A stretch of DNA of 64,000 nt from Thermoguttaceae bacterium (GTDB lineage: Bacteria > Planctomycetota > Planctomycetia > Pirellulales > Thermoguttaceae). The DNA is taken from contig JAFQXE010000025.1 in assembly GCA_017407125.1 (NCBI GenBank), positions 92,591 to 156,590 of the forward strand. The letters are read 5' to 3'. Each line of letters begins with the position of its first letter. Position 1 is the first letter of the stretch. Below the pieces are notes generated by a model. It was not told where the DNA came from and ran no database searches. It was given only the letters and a program-made list of their open reading frames with translations. The translations under genes and the position numbers were made by a program. Below, piece after piece: positions 54,058 through 63,870 of this stretch.

Positions 54058-55815
54058 TCAATATTCCGCTTCTGCGTCGGGATTCGGGAGGGAATCGTCC
54101 GGAAGAGTCGGGATGGAGTTGGGGTCTAAATCCGTGCTGAGCGGAATGGACGGCGCAGCGTTGGGATCCAAATCCGTCGGGATATCAGCGTTGACGTCTG
54201 GAATGGACGTAGTCGGCTGTTCAGCAGGCGCGCTCAACTCGCGCGGCTGCTCCGGGGCTGGTTCGGTCGGTTCCGGAGACGCCGGCTGAGCAGGAGCGGC
54301 TTTTTGTTCCGCTTGAGCGTTTTGCGCTTCCTGAGCGCTGTTGGCGGAATAAACCTGTTCAAACTTGGCGTCAGCGGTATTGTTTACCGATTCGTCCGTT
54401 GTTGTTGGATAAACGGATTCAGCCGCTGGCTGCGGTGAATAGGTAGTCGGCTGAGCGTCTTCGTTAACTAAAATTGACTTTTCGGACTTGGCAGCGTCGG
54501 CGGTTGAGGCCGCGTTTGGCTCTGAAGTAGCAGCTGGCGCGTTATACTGGGCCGGGGGAATGGCGTCAGCAGCGGGAGCGACGGGCGCTGGCGAGTAAGG
54601 AGTCGGAACCGGGTCGTAAGACGATGGAGCTGAAACAGGAGCGTCAAAAGAACAGCTGGGCGTAACAGGCGCGAATTCGCAGTATGTATACGGAACGGTG
54701 CGCGTTACAACTCGCGGAACGCAAACAGTCTTTGTAACTTCTGTGAACTTGCAGACACGAACCGGATACTGCTCGACTTTTTCTTCCTGAATGGTTTTGC
54801 AAACCGTGTAAGGAACCTGACGGGTTCGGATTTCTTCCCGATATTTGGTTTCGGTAACGGGAATTCGCTTTTCAACGATTTCGCAAACCGGCTTGAGAAC
54901 CTTTTGCGGAACCTTGCGGACTACCTGTTCCTGAACCATTTCCGTGTAGGTGTACGGAACCATTTCACGAACGGTTTGGGGAACCATAATCGTCTCAGTT
55001 TGAGGGACTTGTTCACAGACCTGCTTCATAACAGTTCTGGTCACGGGACGCTGAACAGTAACCTGATTGGGAACCCAAACCTTTTTGACTTCGTACGTTC
55101 CCTTCTTGTTGGCGTCGCGGGGAACCCAGACCAGACCTCCTGGTTTGTGAGCGGTTTCTCCGGTGGCGCAGTCGGTGATGTCTTTTCCAGATTGCCATTC
55201 CAGTCTGGCCGGAAGGATCGGCTGACGTTCTTTTAATTCCAGCTTTTCGACGTAGCAGCCGCGGTCTTCGCAGGTGGTAACCATTGTAGTTTCTTCAACA
55301 GGAACGGTTCGATACTGATTGTGCATAACGGTTTTTGTAACAGGCCGCATCACAGTGTAGACGCGTTCTTTCTGCCCGGTTTTTACAACGGGACGGCAAA
55401 CAGTCTGAACCTCTTCTCGCTCAGACGTCTGCTCAACGTAACGGACTTGCTGAATTTTTTCTACTCTGTAAGAAGTTTCGACGTAGGGAACGCGAACAGT
55501 GTACTGTTCTTCCCGCATGGCGGTTTCTGAAACCGGTCTGTTGACTGTGCAGGTTCGCGTACGCATTTCAGTCGTCCAGGTGGGGACGTATTCTTTGACC
55601 TGCTTTTGTTCGTATACGGTTTCGTACACAGTTTTGTAGGACGTAACCTGTCTTGGCGCGTATTGCGGCGTGCAGCAAACAGGCTGCGGATCGGAGCACG
55701 TAGCGCACGAGCCGCCCCACTGATAAGCGGCGCCGCCAGCAAAGATGACGCTGCTGGCCAGAATGGTCGCCCAAACGGGAGCGGTTCTCCACTTAAAGAA
55801 TCCAAACTTGCTCAT
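54058..55815 (-). CDS. YTV-repeat protein with an N-terminal anchor and a Pro/Ala-rich C-terminal tail
   Basis: Repeated YTV-type short repeats (YTVRVPY, YTVMRPV, PYTYTEMV, PYTVCKT, PYTYCEF), a motif family described for Planctomycetes proteins. N-terminal TM segment. Confidence 0.75.
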   Translation of the reverse strand: MSKFGFFKWRTAPVWATILASSVIFAGGAAYQWGGSCATCSDPQPVCCTPQYAPRQVTSYKTVYETVYEQKQVKEYVPTWTTEMRTRTCTVNRPVSETAMREEQYTVRVPYVETSYRVEKIQQVRYVEQTSEREEVQTVCRPVVKTGQKERVYTVMRPVTKTVMHNQYRTVPVEETTMVTTCEDRGCYVEKLELKERQPILPARLEWQSGKDITDCATGETAHKPGGLVWVPRDANKKGTYEVKKVWVPNQVTVQRPVTRTVMKQVCEQVPQTETIMVPQTVREMVPYTYTEMVQEQVVRKVPQKVLKPVCEIVEKRIPVTETKYREEIRTRQVPYTVCKTIQEEKVEQYPVRVCKFTEVTKTVCVPRVVTRTVPYTYCEFAPVTPSCSFDAPVSAPSSYDPVPTPYSPAPVAPAADAIPPAQYNAPAATSEPNAASTADAAKSEKSILVNEDAQPTTYSPQPAAESVYPTTTDESVNNTADAKFEQVYSANSAQEAQNAQAEQKAAPAQPASPEPTEPAPEQPRELSAPAEQPTTSIPDVNADIPTDLDPNAAPSIPLSTDLDPNSIPTLPDDSLPNPDAEAEY

Positions 55816-56160
55816 TGTTGTACCTCCTGGGTGTGTTGGAAAATTGCTTTGTCAGACTCTCGTCATGATTGAGTTGGAGACAAATGACGTTTTGAGTCTT
55901 CCAAAAAGTAAGGTTTTCAGTTTTGAGAAAACATTTTCGAGGACGAACGATTGTTTCGGAATTGCGAGTTTGTCCGATTATTGCAATTGTTCTGACGATA
56001 CCTGCTGTGCCGGTCAACACGGCTGTATCGAGAAACGCGGTTTTGCCAATGATTACGAACAGTCTGTATATTCCGAAAGTTCCGGCTATTCCAAATAGCC
56101 GTTTGAAACAGTTGTACCGTTTGTCAATCGAAATATTTCTCAAAATATTTAGGTTGCAGG

Positions 56161-56189
56161 TTCGACAACTTCGAAGAACGTGGTATAAT
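56161..56189 (+). promoter_or_regulatory. orphan sigma70-like promoter TTCGAC-N17(TGg)-TATAAT
   Basis: TTCGAC at 56161-56166, a 17-nt spacer ending in TGG (extended -10), TATAAT at 56184-56189. The nearest + strand CDS starts about 500 nt downstream. Confidence 0.4.
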
Positions 56190-56691
56190 TCTCTTAGCGG
56201 TTCCTGTAGCCTTTACATTTTCATTATATACAGAGATGTTGAGTTTATCAATGATTAATTTAACGATTTTTCAGAATATTCTGAAGTTGACGTCGTTATA
56301 ATCGTTATAACCCCACCTATACAACAGGTATAGCTGTCAAAAATAGCCTGAATAACCGTTTTATCCGGTATGATCGTTTCTCTAAAGAATGAGTTTTTTA
56401 AAATCTTTGACCAATTCTGGACAGATCGTCAAGGTTGACAGGGCTATCAACCGAATATAAAAATGTCGTTATAAATCTGTAATAATTGACGCGGCAAGAA
56501 AACGGCTTATATAGATATTAAGGAATAAGAAGCCGTTTGAGTCAATGATGCTGTTTTTTTCAGTTTTTCATGTTTTTTGGAGATAATTCCAAAGTTTTAC
56601 ACAAGTTTTTTGGCGTGCCGTTCGATAATTACAGTAGTAGATTCCGAAGACGATTTGGAAACAAATTTGTATATAAGAAAAGGGTTATTCC

Positions 56692-57261
56692 ATGCAACGT
56701 AAATTTTTACTTTCGATTGGCGTTACGCTCCTTGGCGCAGTAATCTTCAGCGCGGGGTGCTCTTTATGCACCGTTGGCCCGAGTCTGGGAATTTTCTCGA
56801 TTCCGGTTCCGGTAAGCCCTTACTTCCAGCAGGCTCAGGAAGACGCTCACTGGTATAAGGAAAGATACAAGGACGTTCAAATTCTGCCTCCGTTGGTTCC
56901 TGGGGCGCCGTCAGACGCTCTCGACCCGCCCAGCGACGACCAGGTTATGGTTGCTCTGGAAAAAGCTCGACCGGTTAACGGCGGCATTCCGTTCCTCCAG
57001 GGACGTCAGCGCAACAACGTTCGCATCAAGAAGGAAAAGATTGCTGACTACATCGACGAACCGCGCATGTATCCTCTGGCTGGCATGTGCCAGTTGCATC
57101 ATACGCATTGGAAATGCACAGTTTACTTCACCGAAATTACTCGAGTCGGCTGGCCGGTTCCGTATACTGCCACCAATGAAGAAGCTCAGGAAGTCGTCCT
57201 GATTGACCTCGATCACCTCCACATGTGTGGAAATCCGGCTGGCGCCAATCCTACGCCGTGA
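56692..57261 (+). CDS. putative lipoprotein
   Basis: MQRKFLLSIGVTLLGAVIFSAGC lipobox. 189 aa, followed by a strong terminator. Confidence 0.7.
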   Translation: MQRKFLLSIGVTLLGAVIFSAGCSLCTVGPSLGIFSIPVPVSPYFQQAQEDAHWYKERYKDVQILPPLVPGAPSDALDPPSDDQVMVALEKARPVNGGIPFLQGRQRNNVRIKKEKIADYIDEPRMYPLAGMCQLHHTHWKCTVYFTEITRVGWPVPYTATNEEAQEVVLIDLDHLHMCGNPAGANPTP

Positions 57262-57330
57262 TTTCTTAAACAACCTTCAGACGAAAAACTTGTTGTTCGT
57301 CTGACCTGCTGGAATTAGTTTACCCTGAAA

Positions 57331-57368
57331 GACGGAGAATCCGATTGCTGGTTCTCCGTCTTTTTTTT
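57331..57368 (+). terminator. rho-independent terminator
   Basis: gacggagaa-tccgattgctgg-ttctccgtc followed by T8. Confidence 0.85.
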
Positions 57369-57760
57369 GTTTGGATTAGTCCGGATCGCGGCAGGCGCCT
57401 AACGACCTGCGGTTGTACAACGATGAGCCGGCTCGCGGCAGTCCTCTGCCGCATCCCAACTCCCAACTGCCTATAAGAATCGCTGCGCGGTTCTTCCGGG
57501 GGCTTACGCACCCCGGCTCGTCTACCCCCTACTCCCTTTTGATAATCTGTACGGATTATTCCGTTCGTGTCGACATGGTGTATAAATCTATAATTTGTCA
57601 CGTATAAAGTCGATGAAATTATCTGTTAAGCTTAAGAATTCATAGGGGAAATATTTAAAACGCCTCGTATTTTTCGGAACTTGACGTCTCGGTCTGCTGT
57701 CAGACGAGTGAATGTTTTTATATTTGTTTATTTCTATTCTATAACTGAAAGGACGAACTC

Positions 57761-59056
57761 ATGCCTCAAGATAACGACGACAACAATTCACGCAAGAATT
57801 TGGGAGTTCGGAAGCAGGCGCAATGCTCGTTCTGTCATAAAAGCTGCAAAGAAGTCGGTCCGCTTGTCGAAGGGCCGGATAACGTTTATATCTGTTCAAG
57901 CTGTTTGGAATTGTGTCAGTCGATTCTATCCGATGAACGCAAACGCCGTCAGACGGAGTCCCGGTCGCGATTTGTCAACAAGCTCAAGCCGCGGGAAATC
58001 GTCGCCAAGCTGGACGAGTACGTAATCGGTCAGGAATACGCGAAAAAATGTCTGTCGGTTGCGGTGTACAATCATTATAAACGGCTCGAACATGCGGCGT
58101 CTCGCGGCAAAGGCGACGTAGAACTGGATAAATCCAACGTTCTGATGATCGGGTCAACCGGCAGCGGCAAAACGCTCTTGGCGCAAACGCTGGCGAGAAT
58201 TCTCGACGTCCCGTTTGCTATCGGCGACGCCACCACGTTGACTGAAGCCGGCTATGTTGGCGAAGACGTAGAAAATTTGATTCTCAAACTGCTCCATGCG
58301 GCAGACTTTGACGTCGAAGCGGCGCAGCAGGGGATTATCTATATTGACGAAATCGACAAGATCGGCAAGACGAGCCAAAACGTCTCGATTACCCGCGACG
58401 TCTCCGGCGAGGGGGTTCAGCAGGCTCTGCTGAAGATGCTGGAAGGCACGATTGCCAACGTCCCGCCGCAGGGAGGGCGCAAGCACCCGGAACAGCATTT
58501 TATCCAGGTTGACACGTCCAATATTCTGTTTATTTGCGGCGGTACGTTTGCTGGGCTGGAAGAGATTATTGGACGTCGAATGGGCAAAAAGTCTCTTGGG
58601 TTCAACTGCGTTGACGAGGACGTTATCAATATTGACGAACAGCGTTCTCTGCTGCCCTACGTTACCAGCGACGACATCATGGAATTCGGCTTGATTCCGG
58701 AACTGATCGGGCGTCTGCCGATTATTTCTACGCTCATGCCGCTGAACGAAGAAGATCTGATTCGCGTTCTGAAAGAACCTCGCAACGCTCTGACCAAACA
58801 GTACATGCAGCTTTTTGGCATGGACGACGCCGACTTGGAGTTTACGCCGGGCGCTCTGCGAGCCGTTGCGAGAAAAGCGCTGGCAAAGGACACCGGCGCG
58901 CGAGGTCTGCGGTCGATTATGGAAGAAATTATGCTCGATATTCTGTACGAGCTTCCTGATCAGCCCAGCGGCGGAAAGTACATCATTACAGAAAGCATAA
59001 TTGAAGGTCGAGAACGGCTCTTTGACGACGTCCAGACGCGCGCCAAAACCGCATGA
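57761..59056 (+). CDS. clpX: ATP-dependent Clp protease ATP-binding subunit ClpX
   Basis: N-terminal zinc ribbon [18 protein letters not shown], Walker [17 protein letters not shown], Walker [10 protein letters not shown], sensor and GAR motifs. Confidence 0.95.
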   Translation: MPQDNDDNNSRKNLGVRKQAQCSFCHKSCKEVGPLVEGPDNVYICSSCLELCQSILSDERKRRQTESRSRFVNKLKPREIVAKLDEYVIGQEYAKKCLSVAVYNHYKRLEHAASRGKGDVELDKSNVLMIGSTGSGKTLLAQTLARILDVPFAIGDATTLTEAGYVGEDVENLILKLLHAADFDVEAAQQGIIYIDEIDKIGKTSQNVSITRDVSGEGVQQALLKMLEGTIANVPPQGGRKHPEQHFIQVDTSNILFICGGTFAGLEEIIGRRMGKKSLGFNCVDEDVINIDEQRSLLPYVTSDDIMEFGLIPELIGRLPIISTLMPLNEEDLIRVLKEPRNALTKQYMQLFGMDDADLEFTPGALRAVARKALAKDTGARGLRSIMEEIMLDILYELPDQPSGGKYIITESIIEGRERLFDDVQTRAKTA

Positions 59057-59269
59057 TGTAAACGAATCATTCTGTTTCCCCCTTTTGTGCGGATCGATTT
59101 CCCATGAACCGTACAAGCCAAAAAGCCAATGCCGCAGGACGCAGCGTCGGCTTTTTGCGTTTCTTGGGGGGATTATTTCTTGACGTTTTTTATAACAATT
59201 CTTCCCAAAACTGTTGATTATTGCGTAGGGATTTGGTAGAATTGAGAGAAATAGGAGTTGCTTACGGGG

Positions 59270-59346
59270 GGCGGGTATTACCCGCCAAAAATAATCAACC
59301 TTTGAGTTCGCGGACAATGTCCGCTCCCCAGATATGTCCGCTCCCC
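59270..59346 (+). repeat. bipartite palindromic element, copy C, with a partial duplication of its right end
   Basis: ggcgggtattacccgcc - aaaaataatcaacctttgagtt - cgcggacaatgtccgctcccc, then agatatgtccgctcccc. Ends about 36 nt before the glycosidase ATG. Confidence 0.75.
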
Positions 59347-59381
59347 AGAAACGAATTCACCAAACACGAAAGGAGTCTCTT

Positions 59382-61274
59382 ATGCATTCTCGAATTATCC
59401 TCTTGTGCGTTAGCCTGTTGGCGCTGTGCGCGACGGTGTCTGCGGAAAACCCGAACGTCGAATCGCCGTACGGCGTTTGCGCTCATCTTGGCGGCGGTCA
59501 GGAGTTCGACGCCATGCCGGCAAACCTGGCTGCCATGCGGGCGGCGGGAATTCGCTGGGCGAGAGCCGACTTCTCCTGGAACGCGGTCGAGCGCGGAAAA
59601 GGGAACTGGCATTTTGAGCATCTGGATCGCGTTCTCGACGAAGCCGACAAGGCGGGGATTACGATTCTGCCGATTCTCGATTACAACGTATCGTGGGCGA
59701 ACCCGGCGTTTCAACATCTGGACGACTGGGGCGAGTACGTCCGCCAGCTGGTAACGCGATACAAAGACAGAATTCGCTACTGGGAAGTCTGGAACGAAGA
59801 GAACATTCCCAACTTCTGGAAACAGCCCAACGCGAAGGATTACGTAACGCTGCTGAAGAGGACGTACGAGATTATCAAGGAAATCGACCCGGAATTGCAA
59901 GTCGTCTTTGGAGGTCTGGCAGGCGTTCCGCACGAGTATTACGAAAACGTCCTCAAAGAGGGCGGCGGGAAGTATTTCGACGTCGTCAACATTCACCCGT
60001 ACCGCGGCGGGATTGTAACAGTGCGTCTGTGCAATCGGTTTCTCGACGACATTAAAAAGTTCCGCGACTTGACGATTAAATACACTGGCGTTGACCGCCC
60101 GATTTGGATAACCGAGATGGGCTGGGCGACTCCGCCAGCGTTCGGGACGGCTAACCGTCAGGTTATCGAAGCGGGCTTGAAACAGCTTTATCCAAACGGT
60201 CTGCCGGGCAAGTTTGCGGCTCTGTACGATTCAAAGTACGACGCCTCGTCACAGTTCCCGCCGGTAATTATGGGGTCGACGATTCCCAGCGGCGTTGACG
60301 TTGACTACGTCTCGCTTGACCAGCTCAAGACGCTTTCGCCCAAAACTCATCCGTGTCTGCTTCTGCCGCCGGGCGAACATTTCCCGACGCCGTATTTTGA
60401 CAACCTGGTTGAGTACGTTCGCAGCGGCGGGACGCTGATTCTCGTCGGCGGGGTTCCGCTGTACTACGTCAGCCAATGGGATGATCACGGGTTTATGACG
60501 CACAGTGGTTTTGCCTCGGACTCCTATCGTCACACGCTGCGAATCGGCTGGGAAGCGTACTGGACGAAAAAGGGCGTCCCGGAACACGCGCGCCTGATTC
60601 CTGTCAAGGAATACGAGGACGTTCTCAAGGTTGCGGTCAAGGACCAGGGAAGCCGGTTCCTCAACGCCGATTTGCTCAAGCCGGGCGACAAACTGATTCC
60701 GATTCTCAACGCGACTAAAGAGGATTACACCGCCCCCGTTGCCGCGGTTATCAAGTACGAAAACGATTACAAAGGCGCTCTGATTGTTTCAACCGTCATG
60801 AACGGCGGGAATACCAACGTTTCGTCCGAACCGAATCAGGGCGTTTTCCTCGCGCAGGCGTATCTTCTCGCCTTTGCCGGAGGAATAGACCGTTACTTCT
60901 GGTACGAATTCCAGGCGGTTGAACAGGACGACGTCGACAAGGAACATCACTTTGGAATGGTTCACCGCGACCTCAGCCCAAAGACCGGCTATCTGGCGAT
61001 GAAGACGCTGACAAAGATGCGCCCGGACGGCTCCGTTCAGAATCCTGGCTGGCGCAGCGACGATTTCTGTCAAATCAGCTGGAAGCGTCCAGATGGAAAG
61101 ACTGTAACAGCCGTCTGGCTGCCCGGATTTGAAGCGGAAAGAACAGTAACCCTGCCCGCGCCGGTCGAATCCGCCTGCAACTGCTTTGGCGAGCCGGTCA
61201 ACCTTCCCGCACCCGAAGGAACGACGTACAAACTCAAGCTGTCGCCGAAAGTCCTGTATCTTGTAACGCCGTAG
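59382..61274 (+). CDS. secreted clan GH-A (GH5/GH39-like) glycoside hydrolase with a C-terminal extension
   Basis: Signal peptide MHSRIILLCVSLLALCATVSA. Acid/base context YWEVWNEEN and nucleophile context IWITEMGW. AAGGAG RBS before the ATG at 59382; the ORF-track start at 59334 lies in repeat copy C. Confidence 0.75.
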   Translation: MHSRIILLCVSLLALCATVSAENPNVESPYGVCAHLGGGQEFDAMPANLAAMRAAGIRWARADFSWNAVERGKGNWHFEHLDRVLDEADKAGITILPILDYNVSWANPAFQHLDDWGEYVRQLVTRYKDRIRYWEVWNEENIPNFWKQPNAKDYVTLLKRTYEIIKEIDPELQVVFGGLAGVPHEYYENVLKEGGGKYFDVVNIHPYRGGIVTVRLCNRFLDDIKKFRDLTIKYTGVDRPIWITEMGWATPPAFGTANRQVIEAGLKQLYPNGLPGKFAALYDSKYDASSQFPPVIMGSTIPSGVDVDYVSLDQLKTLSPKTHPCLLLPPGEHFPTPYFDNLVEYVRSGGTLILVGGVPLYYVSQWDDHGFMTHSGFASDSYRHTLRIGWEAYWTKKGVPEHARLIPVKEYEDVLKVAVKDQGSRFLNADLLKPGDKLIPILNATKEDYTAPVAAVIKYENDYKGALIVSTVMNGGNTNVSSEPNQGVFLAQAYLLAFAGGIDRYFWYEFQAVEQDDVDKEHHFGMVHRDLSPKTGYLAMKTLTKMRPDGSVQNPGWRSDDFCQISWKRPDGKTVTAVWLPGFEAERTVTLPAPVESACNCFGEPVNLPAPEGTTYKLKLSPKVLYLVTP

Positions 61275-61279
61275 AAGCT

Positions 61280-61477
61280 GCGAGTTGCGAGAGGATTTTG
61301 TGCAGGTCAGTCCGTTCACGGATTTGACGGATTAAACGGATTTTCACCGATTGATTAACTTAAATTCATATCTTTTAGTTTAATTCTTTTAAATATCGAA
61401 AGATTATAAAATTTACCCTGAGTAATAAAGTTAACTAATCGGTGTGAATCCGTCTCGTCCGTGTAATCCGTGTGGGA
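61280..61477. repeat. gcgagtt heptamers plus a MITE-like element: ~48-nt imperfect inverted arms of CGGATT nonamer words around an AT-rich core
   Basis: The left arm at 61311-61359 (cacggattt gacggatta aacggattt tcaccgatt..) is complementary, with mismatches, to 61430-61477. The AT-rich spacer is 61360-61429. Confidence 0.55.
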
Positions 61478-61568
61478 CTTATACATTAGCAAATATCCAG
61501 CAGAGAGAAAGGAGATGAAAGATCGCCGAATCTTTTACTAATTGTATATTTCGGTTCAGCTTCCGCTT

Positions 61569-61910
61569 TTAAGGCTCTGTTTTTTTTTGATCAACAGGAA
61601 CTTCGGACGGTTCGACGCCGTTAAAAACGATATGCTCGGTCTTTGTCAAACCATTAGATTTGCGATTGACGGAAACCGCTTGAAACGTTACTTTCCCACA
61701 TTCGGGAGAAGCGAAAACACAGGTTCTGCCTTGGTTGAATACCAAAAAGCAGCCGTTGTACATTTCGGGCTGTACAGACCAGCTGGCGGAGTGGATAGAA
61801 TGAAGTTCTACCAGTTCGCCGTTTTTGCATTTGATTTGAGTCATTTCTGCTCCATAACAAGAAAGGATTAACATGTTGAAAAACAACAATTTAATGAATA
61901 ATGTCAACAT
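61569..61910 (-). CDS. small hypothetical secreted protein or lipoprotein
   Basis: 113 aa with N-terminus MLTLFIKLLFFNMLILSC (lipobox-like). Last gene of the minus-strand module. Confidence 0.5.
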   Translation of the reverse strand: MLTLFIKLLFFNMLILSCYGAEMTQIKCKNGELVELHSIHSASWSVQPEMYNGCFLVFNQGRTCVFASPECGKVTFQAVSVNRKSNGLTKTEHIVFNGVEPSEVPVDQKKTEP

Positions 61911-61911
61911 T

Positions 61912-62169
61912 TTATTCTTTATCGTTCACGTCCAATTCTGGATCGTCCGTTGCGTCGATTTTTACGCCGTCAACAACCGCTCCGGGTTCGACGACCAACG
62001 GGAAAAAGTCCTCAATGATAACGGCTTTTTGTGTGGATTCCTGAATCGTCCCGCCGTTGTTGTAGTTTTCAAACTTATCAACGACAAAGGCAGCGTCTGC
62101 GCCTTTTGACTTAAAAAGGGATGAAATCTTTTCTTTGATTTTTTGTAAAATCATAATCGTTAGCGGCAA
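61912..62169 (-). CDS. hypothetical protein (85 aa)
   Basis: ORF abutting its neighbours (1-nt gap downstream, 10-nt overlap upstream). Confidence 0.45.
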   Translation of the reverse strand: MPLTIMILQKIKEKISSLFKSKGADAAFVVDKFENYNNGGTIQESTQKAVIIEDFFPLVVEPGAVVDGVKIDATDDPELDVNDKE

Positions 62170-62525
62170 GGTTCGCCGCTCTCCATTTTTTGTTTGTGCA
62201 ATTCGTTGTACGCTTGTTGATGTTCCGGCTTGAGGTTAATTCCCAGATGCCTGGGAATTGAACCTTTCAGCCGCGGCATTTCCCCCCCGGGGGATTTATA
62301 ATTGCAACAAGGACAAAAATTATGCACTACGGTAGTTTTCCATAAACGCCCACATTCTGGGCAACGATAGATTTTAGTGTATTTGCGTTTAATCGTTCCG
62401 TTTTTCACTCGAAAAACCGTCGACGGCGCTATCGAAAAGCGTCGCGCAATTTCCCGAATTGAAACTCCCTGATTGAGCAAATTCTGTATCTGTTTGATTA
62501 GACCGTCGGTCAATACCATTGCCAA
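62160..62525 (-). CDS. HTH plus zinc-ribbon DNA-binding protein
   Basis: HTH-like GVSIREIARRFSIAPSTVFRVKNG followed by CPECG..x13..CPCC. Confidence 0.6.
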   Translation of the reverse strand: MAMVLTDGLIKQIQNLLNQGVSIREIARRFSIAPSTVFRVKNGTIKRKYTKIYRCPECGRLWKTTVVHNFCPCCNYKSPGGEMPRLKGSIPRHLGINLKPEHQQAYNELHKQKMESGEPCR

Positions 62526-63120
62526 TTACAAATTGTCTTGTCATTTCGTTAAATCTGGAAGAAACGCGCAAACCGTAAGTTGACGCTATCCAATTGGCGC
62601 TTCTGTTGAGCGTCAGGTTTGAACAGACAACCAAAGGGATGTGTTTTACCTTCCATTCGTCATACAAACGGTAAAGGAAATTTTTAAGCGGCGGATCGTT
62701 TCCATATACTTTTTTATTGGCTTCGCTGCCGAGGTCGTCAATAATTAAACCGTTTCCAAAATAAAATTTGCTAACGCTGATTTCGTTATCTTTGATAACA
62801 GCGTCTTCTATTTCGTTAGCGGTTAAATAGTTGATTTGGCAAACGTTTGAAATAGCCAATGCTAACGTTGTTTTGCCACAACCGGGACATCCGGTTAAAA
62901 ACAATCCTTCATCCGTTTTGTATTCCGGGTTGGTTAAAGCTAAATTGTAGGAAGCGAGGATTTTAAGCAGCGCCTTATACTGGAACGTATCGAGGAACGT
63001 AAAATCCCAATTGAGTTTATCTTTCCAGAAGGAAATAAATTTTACTTTGAAATCCTCAACTTCTTTTGCGCTGGGTTCTTTTCCTTTTGTCGTTTGGTAT
63101 CGCGTATAATCAAAGATCAT
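62389..63120 (-). CDS. DnaC/IstB-like AAA+ ATPase (helicase-loader-like)
   Basis: Walker A GCPGCGKTTLA, Walker B GLIIDDLGSE, C-terminal SSRFNEM...GIDRR. The ATG at 63118-63120 overlaps the upstream stop (ATGA); the ORF-track start at 63165 is the alternative. Confidence 0.75.
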   Translation of the reverse strand: MIFDYTRYQTTKGKEPSAKEVEDFKVKFISFWKDKLNWDFTFLDTFQYKALLKILASYNLALTNPEYKTDEGLFLTGCPGCGKTTLALAISNVCQINYLTANEIEDAVIKDNEISVSKFYFGNGLIIDDLGSEANKKVYGNDPPLKNFLYRLYDEWKVKHIPLVVCSNLTLNRSANWIASTYGLRVSSRFNEMTRQFVIGNGIDRRSNQTDTEFAQSGSFNSGNCATLFDSAVDGFSSEKRND

Positions 63121-63353
63121 AACTTGATTTTCAATTGTTCGTTGTTGTTTACGTTTCTTAACCAAAGCCAGCAGAATTTTTTAACGCCAGAGCAAGTCGC
63201 CTTTCGTTTTTGCGGGTTACAGTCCATGTAACTGCGAATTTCATTAAGTTCTTTCATAACGTCCACGTTGGGAAAATCCTTAATGTAACATTCAATAGTT
63301 TCATTGTCGACAATCGCAAATCCGTTGCCTTTAATTTTGATCTGAATTGACAT
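63117..63353 (-). CDS. hypothetical protein (78 aa)
   Basis: ORF coupled to both neighbours by overlaps. Confidence 0.45.
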   Translation of the reverse strand: MSIQIKIKGNGFAIVDNETIECYIKDFPNVDVMKELNEIRSYMDCNPQKRKATCSGVKKFCWLWLRNVNNNEQLKIKL

Positions 63354-63864
63354 CTATCAACTCCAAATGCGGTTTGTAAAGTTTGCCGTCGATTTCAATC
63401 GGAAGCGTTCCTTTATTGAAAACGTCAACGAAGTTCAGCGTAGGCGGTTTAAGGTTGTTTGGAGTATCGCCCAAAACGGCGCCGGTTTCGCTTTTCTCGA
63501 CTTTTGGCGGTTCGTGTACGGGTTCGTTTTCTTCCATGACGGTTTCAAGCGATTGCTGACCGGGGCAGGGTTGAAAAATTCCCATCGGAATGACGTTAAA
63601 ATAAGCGCTGTAGTTTCTTACAAAATCATTCCAGCATGGTCCATACGAGCATAAATCGCTAATTTCTTTGAAAGTCGGATAATCAACATCCGGTTTAACA
63701 TTCCAGTCGCACTTTTGCGCTTCTTCCAGCGTAGCAATGCCTTTCAATTTCATAAAGGCGAAAAGACCAAAACCGATAAAAGGACGGGCTCCCCATTTTT
63801 CGCCTTTTGAAATACGGCTCGCTTTTTTAAGGTTATATGTCAGCGTTCTTTTATTCATAAGCAT
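63331..63864 (-). CDS. hypothetical protein (177 aa)
   Basis: ORF with protein-like composition, starting 7 nt after the upstream stop. Confidence 0.55.
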   Translation of the reverse strand: MLMNKRTLTYNLKKASRISKGEKWGARPFIGFGLFAFMKLKGIATLEEAQKCDWNVKPDVDYPTFKEISDLCSYGPCWNDFVRNYSAYFNVIPMGIFQPCPGQQSLETVMEENEPVHEPPKVEKSETGAVLGDTPNNLKPPTLNFVDVFNKGTLPIEIDGKLYKPHLELIDVNSDQN

Positions 63865-63870
63865 TCCTTT

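Noticed and set aside
57320-57601. A 93-aa minus-strand ORF in the clpX upstream region.
   Set aside because: It is extremely Arg/Gly/Pro-rich, spans the strong + strand terminator and GC-rich hairpins, and has no RBS. It looks non-coding.
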